Shown in pieces: positions 26,543 to 36,417 of a DNA stretch of 64,000 nt. The stretch's first letter is position 1; the number at the start of each line of letters is the position of its first letter. The stretch is taken from contig CAKOHI010000007.1 of assembly GCA_934085585.1 (NCBI GenBank), forward strand, positions 5,214 to 69,213. Direction: 5' to 3'. Under the pieces are notes generated by a model. The model was not told the origin of the DNA. It saw only the letters and a program-made list of their open reading frames with translations, and did not search any database. The translations under genes were made by a program, and so were the position numbers. Source of the stretch: an uncultured Bacilli bacterium (lineage in GTDB: Bacteria; Bacillota_I; Bacilli_A; RF39; UBA660).

Positions 26543-27025
26543 TTATCTTTGAATAATCATAAAATTAAATATGAATAAAAATACTGCTCCGACTTTGGCT
26601 GGTAATTTATATTTAGCACATTCTTTTAATGCTACTATCTTATCTGCACAAGTTACTACCCAAGTTTCTTTATATTTTGGTATTCTTAACGTTGCGGGAA
26701 ACATATGATTATATATTATATCTTCTTGCATTTTATTAATATTAAATTCTCTTTTAGCATTTTTTAAGGCAGTATATGGGTGCTTTGTAAAACTACTTTC
26801 TTCGCTACTATGATAAAAATCATGTAATAAAGCAGCTCTAGTCGTATCTTTATAAGTTTTAATTTTAAACAATTTACATAAGTTGTATGTAAGATGGGCA
26901 ACATTTAAAGAATGGTCTAGTCTAGATATTCCATGATGATATTCGTATCTTAAAGATATAACTTCTTCATTCTTTAAAATATCCCTAATTATATTATCAA
27001 ATTCAACTTGTTTTTTTATTTTCAT
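26543..27025 (-). CDS. HD-domain phosphohydrolase
   Basis: H...RLDHSLNVAHL and LLHDFYH motifs (HD superfamily metal ligands). Confidence 0.7.
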   Translation of the reverse strand: MKIKKQVEFDNIIRDILKNEEVISLRYEYHHGISRLDHSLNVAHLTYNLCKLFKIKTYKDTTRAALLHDFYHSSEESSFTKHPYTALKNAKREFNINKMQEDIIYNHMFPATLRIPKYKETWVVTCADKIVALKECAKYKLPAKVGAVFLFIFNFMIIQR

Positions 27026-27081
27026 TATACATCACTTTAATTATTATATCATATCGAATGTAATATGTTTCATATTTTTTA

Positions 27082-27591
27082 TTATTTTACATCTTTTTCA
27101 TCAAGAATTTTTAATATTTTCTTTTGATTTGCTTGAAGTTCTTTCATTTGTTCATGTAATACTTCTAAAATAAGTTCACTTTTTAAATCTGTTTTATAAT
27201 CATTTAAACTTCTTAAACTATCTTTTTTAGCTGCTCTATTTTGACTCATCATAATAATCGGAGCTTGCAATGCTGCAATACAAGATAGTATTAAATTAAG
27301 TAAGATAAATGGATATGGATCGACGTTTACAATCATATAATAATTTATTATCATCCATATTATTAAAAAGGCACAAAAGAAAATAATAAATGTCCATGAG
27401 CCTGCAACTTCTGTTACTCTATCTGCAAGTCGATCTCCGAAAGTTCTTCTTTCATCTTCAACTTTGTCTGAATCTATTGCAGTGGGATTATCTAGTAACA
27501 TCTCAATAAGCTCATCTTCATCTGCAATATCAAAATCTCTATTTATTAATTGTTTAACTAATTTTTCTTTTCTACTATTCTTTTCCATCAT
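27082..27591 (-). CDS. DUF1003-family membrane protein
   Basis: FGDRLADRVTEVAGSWTFIIFF...WMIIN, two TM helices, then the QNRAAKKD motif and a coiled-coil tail. Confidence 0.7.
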   Translation of the reverse strand: MMEKNSRKEKLVKQLINRDFDIADEDELIEMLLDNPTAIDSDKVEDERRTFGDRLADRVTEVAGSWTFIIFFCAFLIIWMIINYYMIVNVDPYPFILLNLILSCIAALQAPIIMMSQNRAAKKDSLRSLNDYKTDLKSELILEVLHEQMKELQANQKKILKILDEKDVK

Positions 27592-28216
27592 TTAACCTCC
27601 ATCTATAATGTCCAAGTATTTTATTTTTAAATAAACCATCATATTCATATGTTTGATACATATGTTGATGTAATATATAATTTTGTCCATCCTTATTTAA
27701 TTTATCACTAACTATGGCAATGTGATCTTTATATACAACAATATCTCCAGGATTAAAATCACTATCATTTTCAAGGTTCATTGTATTTCTATCTAAATAT
27801 ACTTTTATATTTCTAACTCTTCTAAAATCTATATTTGCATCTCCGACATCTTCATCATATTCTTCTTTATTATTTTTTATATCTTCATCAATTAATGTCT
27901 TAAAATCATAACCAGCATTTTTTAGAGAATACCAAATTATATCAGTACATACTCTATATTCGTCAGTGGGATATCCTCCATCATAATATTTACTCTTATA
28001 TTTTGGTTTGGTACTAATAAAATCTTTAGCTCCCTTTAGTATATCCGTGTAATCATCTATTCCATCATTATCTTTATCTATATCACTTTTTATTATTTCA
28101 TCTAATTTAGTCTTTACGAATCTATCTTTTACATCTGTTTTAAAAAATGCTATTACAGCAAGAAGTAATATTAAAAATAAAACTAGCATATTTCCGAACC
28201 TTAAAAAAAACTTCAA
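27575..28216 (-). CDS. DUF1287-family protein
   Basis: YYDGGYP...VCTDIIWYSLKNAGYD, NIDFRRVRN, PGDIVVY..HIAIVSD, ILGHYRW. This pattern matches the DUF1287 family as I remember it. Confidence 0.7.
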   Translation of the reverse strand: MKFFLRFGNMLVLFLILLLAVIAFFKTDVKDRFVKTKLDEIIKSDIDKDNDGIDDYTDILKGAKDFISTKPKYKSKYYDGGYPTDEYRVCTDIIWYSLKNAGYDFKTLIDEDIKNNKEEYDEDVGDANIDFRRVRNIKVYLDRNTMNLENDSDFNPGDIVVYKDHIAIVSDKLNKDGQNYILHQHMYQTYEYDGLFKNKILGHYRWRLNDGKE

Positions 28217-28261
28217 ATTGTATCACCACTTTTATTATATCACTTTATATAATTATAGAAA

Positions 28262-28287
28262 AGAAAAAACTTCCAAACGGAAGTTTT
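28262..28287 (-). terminator. intrinsic terminator after the pilin-like gene
   Basis: AAAACTTCC-aaac-GGAAGTTTT, flanked by an A-run on one side and a T-run on the other (could act bidirectionally). Confidence 0.65.
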
Positions 28288-28297
28288 ATGAGCCTTA

Positions 28298-28816
28298 TTA
28301 TTTTGGCCACTCTTCTTTAGTAGTACAAGTAAATCTTGAATCGTTATCAATCTTATCCCCTGATTTAACATAGTCTTTAATATCTGTTGTTGCAATTTCG
28401 GATGATGTTTTAAAATCATCTCCTGCTCCAGCACTTATAACCATAAGTTTTTGGTTAGTCATTGAAACAACGTACAAATAATTTTGACCAGATTTTTTAA
28501 CTAAAATTTTACCTACATAATCTTTTTTACTTTTAAAGTCTCCGTTTGTCACTAATTCTTGAATCGTTAAACACACAACCTTATCATCTTCTGTTGGAAA
28601 TGTTTTATTGCCCGTTGCTGTTAATGCTGAATTCATTAAATAAGAAGAAGCTGCATTAATTGCTTCGTTTGCTTCCATTGTAAATACTTGTTTTCTAGCG
28701 TCGTTCATTCTTGGAACAACAGCCATTGAAGCCATTAAGATAACGATAGCTAAAACTACGATAACTGCTAGTAATTCGATTAAAGTAAAACCATTTGCAT
28801 TTTTTATATTTTTCAT
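28298..28816 (-). CDS. type IV pilin / pseudopilin (prepilin-type N-terminal methylation domain)
   Basis: MKNIKNANG/FTLIELLAVIVVLAIVILMA is the canonical G/FTLIE prepilin cleavage-methylation motif, followed by a 150-aa globular part. Strong SD. Confidence 0.85.
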   Translation of the reverse strand: MKNIKNANGFTLIELLAVIVVLAIVILMASMAVVPRMNDARKQVFTMEANEAINAASSYLMNSALTATGNKTFPTEDDKVVCLTIQELVTNGDFKSKKDYVGKILVKKSGQNYLYVVSMTNQKLMVISAGAGDDFKTSSEIATTDIKDYVKSGDKIDNDSRFTCTTKEEWPK

Positions 28817-28913
28817 TATTTATAGACACCTCTCTACTTTTAAATAATACTATAATTTGTGGTGTTAGTCAAGCATATCTAATTAACTTTTATTATATTA
28901 TTTACAAAATTTA

Positions 28914-29135
28914 TTACTTTAATACATTTAATACAGAACTTACTAAATCCATATTATCAATGATACTTTCTATTTTATCCGTAGCTCTTTCTTTGTACTT
29001 CTCTTTCATCTCTTGATTAAATCTTTTAAAATCTATTACTCCCCGATTTAAGTATTTAAAATAGTAGGAATTTTCTTTTAATAATTCATAACTTTTGGGA
29101 TTTTCTTTAAAAGCAATTTGTAAATAGCTTTCCAT
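28914..29135 (-). CDS. YlbE-like small protein
   Basis: 73 aa. The pattern ...ELLKENSYYFKYLNRGVIDFKRFNQEMKEKYKE... and the position directly after a ylbD-like gene mirror B. subtilis ylbD-ylbE. Confidence 0.5.
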   Translation of the reverse strand: MESYLQIAFKENPKSYELLKENSYYFKYLNRGVIDFKRFNQEMKEKYKERATDKIESIIDNMDLVSSVLNVLK

Positions 29136-29498
29136 TTAGTCCTCGAAAAATTTATTTAATGGGCGTGGTGAAACTGGTCCTTTAGCTAAATTATCTGTTA
29201 TATTCGGAGTAGGATTTTTCTTTGTTAAATCAGATACAAAATCTATAGCTTTTTGAGCTGTATTTATATGACTCTTTATGGAATCTACATTAACATTTTT
29301 AACCATATTTGTTATTTTGGAAATACTATCTTCTACCCCGTTTCGTTCGCTTAAAATATATTTATTCCATACTGATTCATCAGCACCATATAAATCATAT
29401 AATTCATAAAACTTTTGCCAAGTCATTTCACCATTTTGAACATACTTTATAAGTTCAGGTTTAGTTCTTACAAAATTTTTAAACTCTTCTTGTTTCAT
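29136..29498 (-). CDS. YlbD-like putative spore coat protein
   Basis: EEFKNFVRTKPELIKYVQNGEMTWQKFYELYDLYGADESVWNKY resembles the conserved N-terminus of YlbD. Confidence 0.6.
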   Translation of the reverse strand: MKQEEFKNFVRTKPELIKYVQNGEMTWQKFYELYDLYGADESVWNKYILSERNGVEDSISKITNMVKNVNVDSIKSHINTAQKAIDFVSDLTKKNPTPNITDNLAKGPVSPRPLNKFFED

Positions 29499-29588
29499 AA
29501 TATCACCAGTATAATTTTATGTTTCTATTGAAGATAAATGAACTATTTTTTGTCATTATATGAAGAATAATATTTATAGGGGATATTT

Positions 29589-29879
29589 ATGACTCAAGAA
29601 AAAATATTTACAGCTATAACTGAAGAAGAACTAGATAAAATATATAAAATGATATCTAAAATTGTTAAGTATTATAGATTGTTTAATAAATCTAAATATG
29701 CTGATGAAAATGGAAAAATTAGTCAAGAAAAACTTGCTGAATTATGTAATGTTTCAAGAAGTTTAATTGCTAATATTGAAAGTATAAAAGTAAAACAAAC
29801 TTTTTCTATTAGTGTTATTGCATCAATTAGTAAAATATTAAATGTGCCTTTTGAAAATTTTTTTAAAGAAATAAACTAA
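29589..29879 (+). CDS. XRE-family helix-turn-helix protein
   Basis: ISQEKLAELCNVSRSLIANIES is an HTH_3-type motif. Confidence 0.6.
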   Translation: MTQEKIFTAITEEELDKIYKMISKIVKYYRLFNKSKYADENGKISQEKLAELCNVSRSLIANIESIKVKQTFSISVIASISKILNVPFENFFKEIN

Positions 29880-29904
29880 AAAAAGTGGAATGCCCACTTT
29901 TTTA
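29878..29904. terminator. bidirectional intrinsic terminator between the HTH gene (+) and parC (-)
   Basis: AAAAAGTGG-aatgc-CCACTTTTTT, with an A-run on one side and a T-run on the other. Confidence 0.6.
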
Positions 29905-32391
29905 TATTTTGAAATCATCTATAAATGAATCAAATGATAATTGCTCTTCTTTTTTAGCTAGCTTTGGTTCTTCTTCCACAACGGGTTCTTCTATAGATTT
30001 TTTTGTTAAATCTATAAGATCCTTTTTTAAAGCAAATAAATCATAATTAAATTTAACTTGACTACCTGTTGATGATAAATCCATAATTGGTATATCACTA
30101 TTTTTAAGTTCATGAATATCTGTTTCCACTCTATAAAGATTTATATCTTTTGTTTCTGTAAGATATGAAAATAATATTTTATAATCTTTAGTTTTAGCTT
30201 TTTTAAATAGCATATTACCCTTTTTTGCTCTAGTTATCGGGGTTATATCTGATAACTTTAATCTTTTAATAGTTTTATAATTTGTATAAATATTTAAATA
30301 TTCTTGATTATTTATTGGACTTGCATAAATACAATAGTCATCTTTTAAATTTATACCTTTAACACCACTGGCTTTAGTGCCCACTACTGGAATTTCACTG
30401 GTATTAAATCTTAATGCAAATCCATTATTTGTAACTATTAATACTTCATCTTTAGCTATATCAGCATTAATTAACTCATCATTATCTTTTAATTTAATAG
30501 ATGTCATTGGTTTAGAATATCTTGTTACTTCAAAGTCTTTTAAAGCTACTTGTTTAACTAAACCATTTTTAGTAAATAAGACAACATTCTTATTCTTATC
30601 TTTAAGTATTAAACTAGCCACTATTTTTTCTTGTTCTTTAATCATTATTGTATTACTTATGTGTTTACCTAAATCACGCCATTTAACTTCTGGTAAAATA
30701 TGAACTGGAACAAACAAATAATTTCCTAAATTAGTAAATAGTAATAAAGAATTTTTGGTTGAAGCTAGGAACCTACCTGTTACAAAATCGCCAGGTTTAA
30801 GAGTTGTTTCATCTTCAGTTGTTTTAAAACTTTTTTGACTTACTCTTTTTACATAACCATCATTTGTTACCACTACTACTACTTTTTCATCAGGTATCAT
30901 TTCTTTAACATCTACTTTTAAATCAACTATTTCATCTCTAATTTCTGTTTTACGAGCAACTGCATAGTTTTTCTTAATTTCACGTAATTCTGATTTCATA
31001 ACATTTTTTAATTTATTTTCATCTTTTAATATTTCATTACATTCTTCAATTAGTTTGGCTAATTTTTCACATTCTTCTTTTAATACGATAATATCAGTAT
31101 TTGTTAATCTATAAAGTTGTAATGTTACAATTGCTTCTGCTTGTTCTTCAGTAAATTCATATTTATTTACTAAATTTACTTTGGCATCACTTTTATTTTT
31201 ACTAGCACGTATTAATGTTATTACTTCATCTAATATTGATATAGCTTTTATTAAACCTGTTGCAATATTATAATTTTTTGTATAATACGCTAAATCAAAT
31301 TCTGTTCTTTTAGTTATAACTTCTTTTTGATGAGCTATGTAAGCATCTAATATTTCTAGAATTCCTAAAGTCTTCGGAGTTCTATTTACTATAGCTACAC
31401 AGTTATAATTATAAGATATTTGTAAATCAGTATTTTTTAATAAAAACTTCATTATAACATCTTTATTAGCATTTGGTTTTAAATCAATTGCTATTCTTAT
31501 ACCTGTTCTATCTGTTTCATCACGAACTTCTGAAATGCCTTCGATCTTTTTATCAATTCTCAAAGCTTCGATTTTAGCAACACAGGCTTGTTTATTAATT
31601 TCAAAAGGAATTTCTGTTATGATTATTTGTTCTTTTCCTTTTTCTTTTACAAATTCATATTTGGCTTGCACTATTACTTTGCCACGACCAGTTTTAAAAG
31701 CATCAATAATGCCTTGTTTACCGAATGCTATACCACCGGTTGGAAAATCTGGTCCTTTAACTATTTCTAAAATTGTATCTAAATAACAATTTGGTGAATC
31801 TATTCTTTTGATAGTAGCATCAATTATTTCTCCGAGATTATGAGGAGGGATGTTTGTTGCATATCCGGCTGAAATACCACTTGTTCCATTTACAAGTAAA
31901 TTGGGAAATTTAGCTGGCAAGACAGTTGGCTCTAAAAATCTATCATCAAAGTTTGGGGCCCAAGCTACGGTTGATTTATCTAAATCTTTTAAAAGCTCGC
32001 CACTTATTTTAGATAGTCTTGCTTCAGTATAACGGTATGCTGCAGGTCCATCACCATCCATAGAACCATTATTACCATGGATATCTACGAGAATATGATT
32101 TTGTTTCCACCATTGACTCATTCGAACCATTGCATCATAAACTGATGAATCTCCATGAGGATGGAATTTACCTAGAACATCTCCGACGGTTGCTGCACAT
32201 TTTATATATCCTTTTTCTGAAGTATTTCCAGCTTTATACATTGCATAAAGAATTCTTCTTTGAACTGGTTTTAACCCATCTCTAACATCAGGTATAGCTC
32301 TATCTTGAATAATTTCTTTGGCATATGCTGCAAATCTTAAAGACATTATCTCTTCTAAACTATAATCTTCTATTTTTTTTATTACGTCCAT
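29902..32391 (-). CDS. parC: DNA topoisomerase IV subunit A
   Basis: RAIPDVRDGLKPVQRRILY, GKFHPHGDSSVYDAMVRMSQWWK (ParC-like SQ.WK rather than the GyrA AQDF), catalytic AAYRYTEARL. I saw no GyrA-box (QRRGGKG). Directly downstream of parE. Confidence 0.8.
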   Translation of the reverse strand: MDVIKKIEDYSLEEIMSLRFAAYAKEIIQDRAIPDVRDGLKPVQRRILYAMYKAGNTSEKGYIKCAATVGDVLGKFHPHGDSSVYDAMVRMSQWWKQNHILVDIHGNNGSMDGDGPAAYRYTEARLSKISGELLKDLDKSTVAWAPNFDDRFLEPTVLPAKFPNLLVNGTSGISAGYATNIPPHNLGEIIDATIKRIDSPNCYLDTILEIVKGPDFPTGGIAFGKQGIIDAFKTGRGKVIVQAKYEFVKEKGKEQIIITEIPFEINKQACVAKIEALRIDKKIEGISEVRDETDRTGIRIAIDLKPNANKDVIMKFLLKNTDLQISYNYNCVAIVNRTPKTLGILEILDAYIAHQKEVITKRTEFDLAYYTKNYNIATGLIKAISILDEVITLIRASKNKSDAKVNLVNKYEFTEEQAEAIVTLQLYRLTNTDIIVLKEECEKLAKLIEECNEILKDENKLKNVMKSELREIKKNYAVARKTEIRDEIVDLKVDVKEMIPDEKVVVVVTNDGYVKRVSQKSFKTTEDETTLKPGDFVTGRFLASTKNSLLLFTNLGNYLFVPVHILPEVKWRDLGKHISNTIMIKEQEKIVASLILKDKNKNVVLFTKNGLVKQVALKDFEVTRYSKPMTSIKLKDNDELINADIAKDEVLIVTNNGFALRFNTSEIPVVGTKASGVKGINLKDDYCIYASPINNQEYLNIYTNYKTIKRLKLSDITPITRAKKGNMLFKKAKTKDYKILFSYLTETKDINLYRVETDIHELKNSDIPIMDLSSTGSQVKFNYDLFALKKDLIDLTKKSIEEPVVEEEPKLAKKEEQLSFDSFIDDFKI

Positions 32392-32400
32392 TTAAACCAC

Positions 32401-34320
32401 CTATTCCGCTCTATAACTATCTTCGAGAGTAAATTCAACATTTTCATTTATCCACTCTTTACGAGGTTCAACTTTATCTCCCATTAAAACTTGAACTCTT
32501 TTTTCTGCTAGGGCTGCATCTGTAATTCTTACTCTAATTAAGCTACGAGTTTCTGGGTCCATTGTTGTTTCCCAAAGTTGATCAGGGTTCATTTCTCCTA
32601 AACCTTTGTATCTTTGAATACTATATTTTCCCGTATTATTTAACTTAATTTCATTTAATTCATCATCACTATAAGCATAAAATCTTTTTTTACCATAATC
32701 TAGCTTATATAGTGGTGGCATGGCAATGTAAAGCTTTCCATTTTCAATTAAGCCACGCATGTATCTATAGAAAAATGTAAGTAGTAAGATTTGAATGTGG
32801 GCTCCATCAACATCGGCATCTGTCATGATTATTACTTTATCATAATTAGATTCTGTGGCATCAAATTCTTGACCAATACCTGCACCAATAGTGTGTATTA
32901 ATGTGTTTATTTCTTCATTTTTAATTAACTCATCTAAAGATGCTTTTTCACTATTTATAACTTTACCTTTTAAAGGTAATATTGCTTGGAACTTTCTATC
33001 TCTACCACTTTTAGCTGATCCACCGGCTGAATCTCCTTCGACAATAAATAATTCGTTTATTTTAGGATTTTTACTTTGAGCCGGAGCAAGTTTCATTGAT
33101 AAATTTTTTTCGATTTTATTTTTATTTTTACCATTTCTTGCATCTTCTCTAGCTTTTCTAGCTGCTTCACGTGCTACTTTACTTTTCATCGCTTTATCCA
33201 ATATCGTTGATGCAACTTCTTTATTTTCTTCAAGGAAGAATTTTAAAGATTCATATGTAATACTTTCTGTTACACTTCTAGCTTCTGGGGTACCAAGTTT
33301 TCCTTTTGTTTGCCCTTCAAATTGTAGTAATTCTTCTGGTATTTTTAAACTTATAACTGCTGATAAACCTTCACGAACATCTGATCCATCTAATGAACCA
33401 TCTTTGGATTTAAAAATATTGTTATTTTTTGCATAATCATTAAATGCTTTAGTAATACCAGTTTTAAAACCTACTTCATGAGTTCCTCCATCAGAAGTTT
33501 TAACGTTATTTACAAATGATAAAATATTTTCATTATATGTATCTGTATATTGCATTGCCACATCTACTTCAATTTTACTTTTTGTATTACCGAAATTAAT
33601 TACTTTATGTAAAGTGTTTTTACCTTCATTCATGTATTTGATAAAACTAGTTAAACCATTTTCATAATGGAATTTTGCTTGATGACCGTCTTCTTCATCG
33701 ATAACCTCGATAGTAAGCCCACTTAATAAAAAGGCTGATTCTTGCATTCTTTCACAAATTGTTGTATATGAAAAATTACAATTTTTAAATATTGTATCAT
33801 CTGGCAAAAATTTTACAATTGTTCCAGTTTTATTACTTTTTCCAACAGTATGAAGTGGAGTTTTAACATGTCCCCCATTTTCAAATTCAATTGATGAAAT
33901 AAGGCCATCACGATAAATAACTACTTGCATTTCTTTTGATAAGGCATTAACTACACTAGCACCAACACCATGAAGACCTCCGGAAACTTTATAACCCGCT
34001 TCAGTAAATTTACCACCGGCATGAAGTATTGTATAAATAACTTCCGGTGTACTTTTTCCAGATGCATGCATTCCAATTGGAACTCCACGGCCATTGTCCG
34101 CTACTGTTATACTTTTATCTTTATTTATAATTACTTTAATATAATTACCATATCCATTTATTACTTCATCTATTGCATTATCTACAATTTCCCAGACTAA
34201 ATGGTGCATACCTCTTTTATCAGTTGATCCAATATACATCCCTGGTCTTTTTCGAACTGCTTCTAGACCTTCAAGAATTTTAATCGATGACTCATCATAA
34301 TTTGCCATATTCCTTATCAC
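32401..34320 (-). CDS. parE: DNA topoisomerase IV subunit B
   Basis: GHKL ATPase N-terminus (LEGLEAVRKRPGMYIGST, HHLVWEIVDNAIDE), Toprim EGDSAGG and PL(K/R)GK motifs. Paired with parC. The start is uncertain (GTG at 34320 or ATG at 34308). Confidence 0.8.
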   Translation of the reverse strand: MIRNMANYDESSIKILEGLEAVRKRPGMYIGSTDKRGMHHLVWEIVDNAIDEVINGYGNYIKVIINKDKSITVADNGRGVPIGMHASGKSTPEVIYTILHAGGKFTEAGYKVSGGLHGVGASVVNALSKEMQVVIYRDGLISSIEFENGGHVKTPLHTVGKSNKTGTIVKFLPDDTIFKNCNFSYTTICERMQESAFLLSGLTIEVIDEEDGHQAKFHYENGLTSFIKYMNEGKNTLHKVINFGNTKSKIEVDVAMQYTDTYNENILSFVNNVKTSDGGTHEVGFKTGITKAFNDYAKNNNIFKSKDGSLDGSDVREGLSAVISLKIPEELLQFEGQTKGKLGTPEARSVTESITYESLKFFLEENKEVASTILDKAMKSKVAREAARKAREDARNGKNKNKIEKNLSMKLAPAQSKNPKINELFIVEGDSAGGSAKSGRDRKFQAILPLKGKVINSEKASLDELIKNEEINTLIHTIGAGIGQEFDATESNYDKVIIMTDADVDGAHIQILLLTFFYRYMRGLIENGKLYIAMPPLYKLDYGKKRFYAYSDDELNEIKLNNTGKYSIQRYKGLGEMNPDQLWETTMDPETRSLIRVRITDAALAEKRVQVLMGDKVEPRKEWINENVEFTLEDSYRAE

Positions 34321-34462
34321 TTCCTAGACCATTATAACAAGAAAGATGAAAAAAAATCAACTTTAAACTTGATTTTAACCGCAATTTAAGAAAAAAGTTT
34401 AGATTTTTCTGCAATCTAAACTTAATCTTTTTAAATTATAATATGTGTTTTTTTGAAATATT

Positions 34463-35053
34463 TTAATTCTTTGGATGTTTCCTTGTTAATTTCATCACTT
34501 TTACTTTGCCTAAATCTACATTTAAAACTTCACTAGTATTTTTAGTAAAACTAGACTCAACACGATAATTTTTTGTATCTGATTCAACCTTATATTTTGC
34601 TTTTTCTTTTAAATTTACTAATTTATATATTAATTGCAATCTTTCTTCTTCTAAAGATTTTATACTTGAATTTAATTTCTTATTTTCCTTATATCTGCCA
34701 ATTCTGGTACCACATATTGCAGTAGTTATTGCTTTAAAAACTGCATAAAATCCTGTTAACAAATAAATCAATAATTGTGTTGATACAACAGGAAATATTG
34801 CTATAGCTAGCATAATTAAACCAACAATAATTACAAGATTACAAAGTTCACCATTTATTGTCCTTTCTTTATTATCAATTAATTTTTCTTTAGCAGCTAT
34901 TAATTCTTGATTTAAATTTTCTAACTCATTTTCTTTTAATAAAATATCTTGAAATTCGCAATTGGTTTCACTTTTTGTAACAACTTTAATTTCACCATTT
35001 TCATCACTAACTATTCCATAATTATCGTTAATCTGACTTAAATATTCATTCAT
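34463..35053 (-). CDS. hypothetical membrane protein with flanking coiled-coil segments
   Basis: Two central TM helices (LVIIVGLIMLAIAIFPVV, LLIYLLTGFYAVFKAI). Two hairpin + T-run structures follow it at about 34350-34420. Confidence 0.5.
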   Translation of the reverse strand: MNEYLSQINDNYGIVSDENGEIKVVTKSETNCEFQDILLKENELENLNQELIAAKEKLIDNKERTINGELCNLVIIVGLIMLAIAIFPVVSTQLLIYLLTGFYAVFKAITTAICGTRIGRYKENKKLNSSIKSLEEERLQLIYKLVNLKEKAKYKVESDTKNYRVESSFTKNTSEVLNVDLGKVKVMKLTRKHPKN

Positions 35054-35139
35054 TGTAAACCTCCATATAAATTATATTAGCACAAGAATTACTATTGTCA
35101 AGTTTTATACGTCCCAATAAAAAAGGACTTTTTCAGCCC

Positions 35140-36417
35140 TTAATTCTTCATTGATTTAAATACTCTATTCCATACCTTATCTGTTGAATAGTTTAAGATA
35201 CCATTTTTATATACTTTTAATCCTTTTTTAAGAAGAATGTAAATAAATAAAACCATTATAATTATTGATATAAATATTTCAAATACTGATATTTCTCCGA
35301 TTATATATAAAGTTGGAGTTAAGAATGCTGATAAGAATGGAATGTAAGATAGTACATGTATTAAAGTTGAACCACTAAACATTGATGCAGTAATTGATAA
35401 GTAATAACCCACAACCGAGATAAGCATTACTGGTGATTGTAATTGATTAAAATCTTCAATATTTACTGTCATTGATGCAAGTATTCCTGATAAAATTGAA
35501 TAAGCAAAGAATGATAAAAGCATTAATATTAAAGTTGTTGGTACAAGGATTAATAATTTATCTGTTAAAATTGATAAATCTAAATTTCCAATAATTGAAC
35601 TTATAAAGTTTAATGCTGATGTACCAGTAACTAATTTATTTACTAATAGGCCTAATCCTGCAAAAACTATTAATAATAATCCTTGTGTTATTACAAAAAT
35701 GTTACTAGCTAATACTTTTGAAAATAAATGTATTTTAGGACTAACATTTGATATTATAATTTCCATACTTCTTGTAGTTTTTTCTTCACATATTTCTCCG
35801 CCGACCATTTGAACTAGAAATACCACTAGCATAAAAAACGGTAAAATTATTGTTGGGAATACACTAGTCATAACTATATTCATATTTTCATCAATGCTTG
35901 CTTCATCATTTAATATTGTTCTATCAATTTTAGCTGGAGCTGAAATATTGGCAAGTATTTCAGGATTCATGTTTGTTTTTATCATACCAAGGGTAGCTTT
36001 TGATGTATTTATTGCACTAGTTATTTCTTGATATATTCCATTGTCAATTGTGTTATTGCTAATTATTTCACTAGTTAAATATTCTGTATTATTTTCATTT
36101 AAAACTACTATAATTTCTGAATCTTTTAAATCTTTTTCTAATTCATCTTTTGTTTTTGAAGTTTGTTCAATCTTTATTAAATTATCTTCATCTAAAGAAT
36201 TTAGAGTTACTTCAAAATAATTATATGTATTTGAATTATCTATTACATAAACTGTTAAGTTATCAGAAAAATCTCCGCCGAAGAATTTCACTATCGAGTT
36301 AATATTTATTATACCTATTATTGCTAGTGCTAATATAATATTAGTTACTAAAAACCATTTTGAACCTATTTTTTTCTTTAAACTAACACGAGTTAAATAC
36401 CAAAATTTCTTATTCAT
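35140..36417 (-). CDS. ABC-2 type transporter permease (NatB-like architecture)
   Basis: N-terminal TM helix, a large loop, 5 C-terminal TM helices. Start set at the ATG at 36417 (GGAGGtaaaaATG), which overlaps the stop of the ATPase gene. Confidence 0.7.
   Translation of the reverse strand: MNKKFWYLTRVSLKKKIGSKWFLVTNIILALAIIGIININSIVKFFGGDFSDNLTVYVIDNSNTYNYFEVTLNSLDEDNLIKIEQTSKTKDELEKDLKDSEIIVVLNENNTEYLTSEIISNNTIDNGIYQEITSAINTSKATLGMIKTNMNPEILANISAPAKIDRTILNDEASIDENMNIVMTSVFPTIILPFFMLVVFLVQMVGGEICEEKTTRSMEIIISNVSPKIHLFSKVLASNIFVITQGLLLIVFAGLGLLVNKLVTGTSALNFISSIIGNLDLSILTDKLLILVPTTLILMLLSFFAYSILSGILASMTVNIEDFNQLQSPVMLISVVGYYLSITASMFSGSTLIHVLSYIPFLSAFLTPTLYIIGEISVFEIFISIIIMVLFIYILLKKGLKVYKNGILNYSTDKVWNRVFKSMKN

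Noticed and set aside
29902-34320. Calling this pair gyrB-gyrA
   Set aside because: The A subunit has the ParC-like MSQWWK segment and no GyrA-box that I can see. The pair is not near dnaA/dnaN/recF. ParE-ParC is the better call, though a phylogeny should confirm it.
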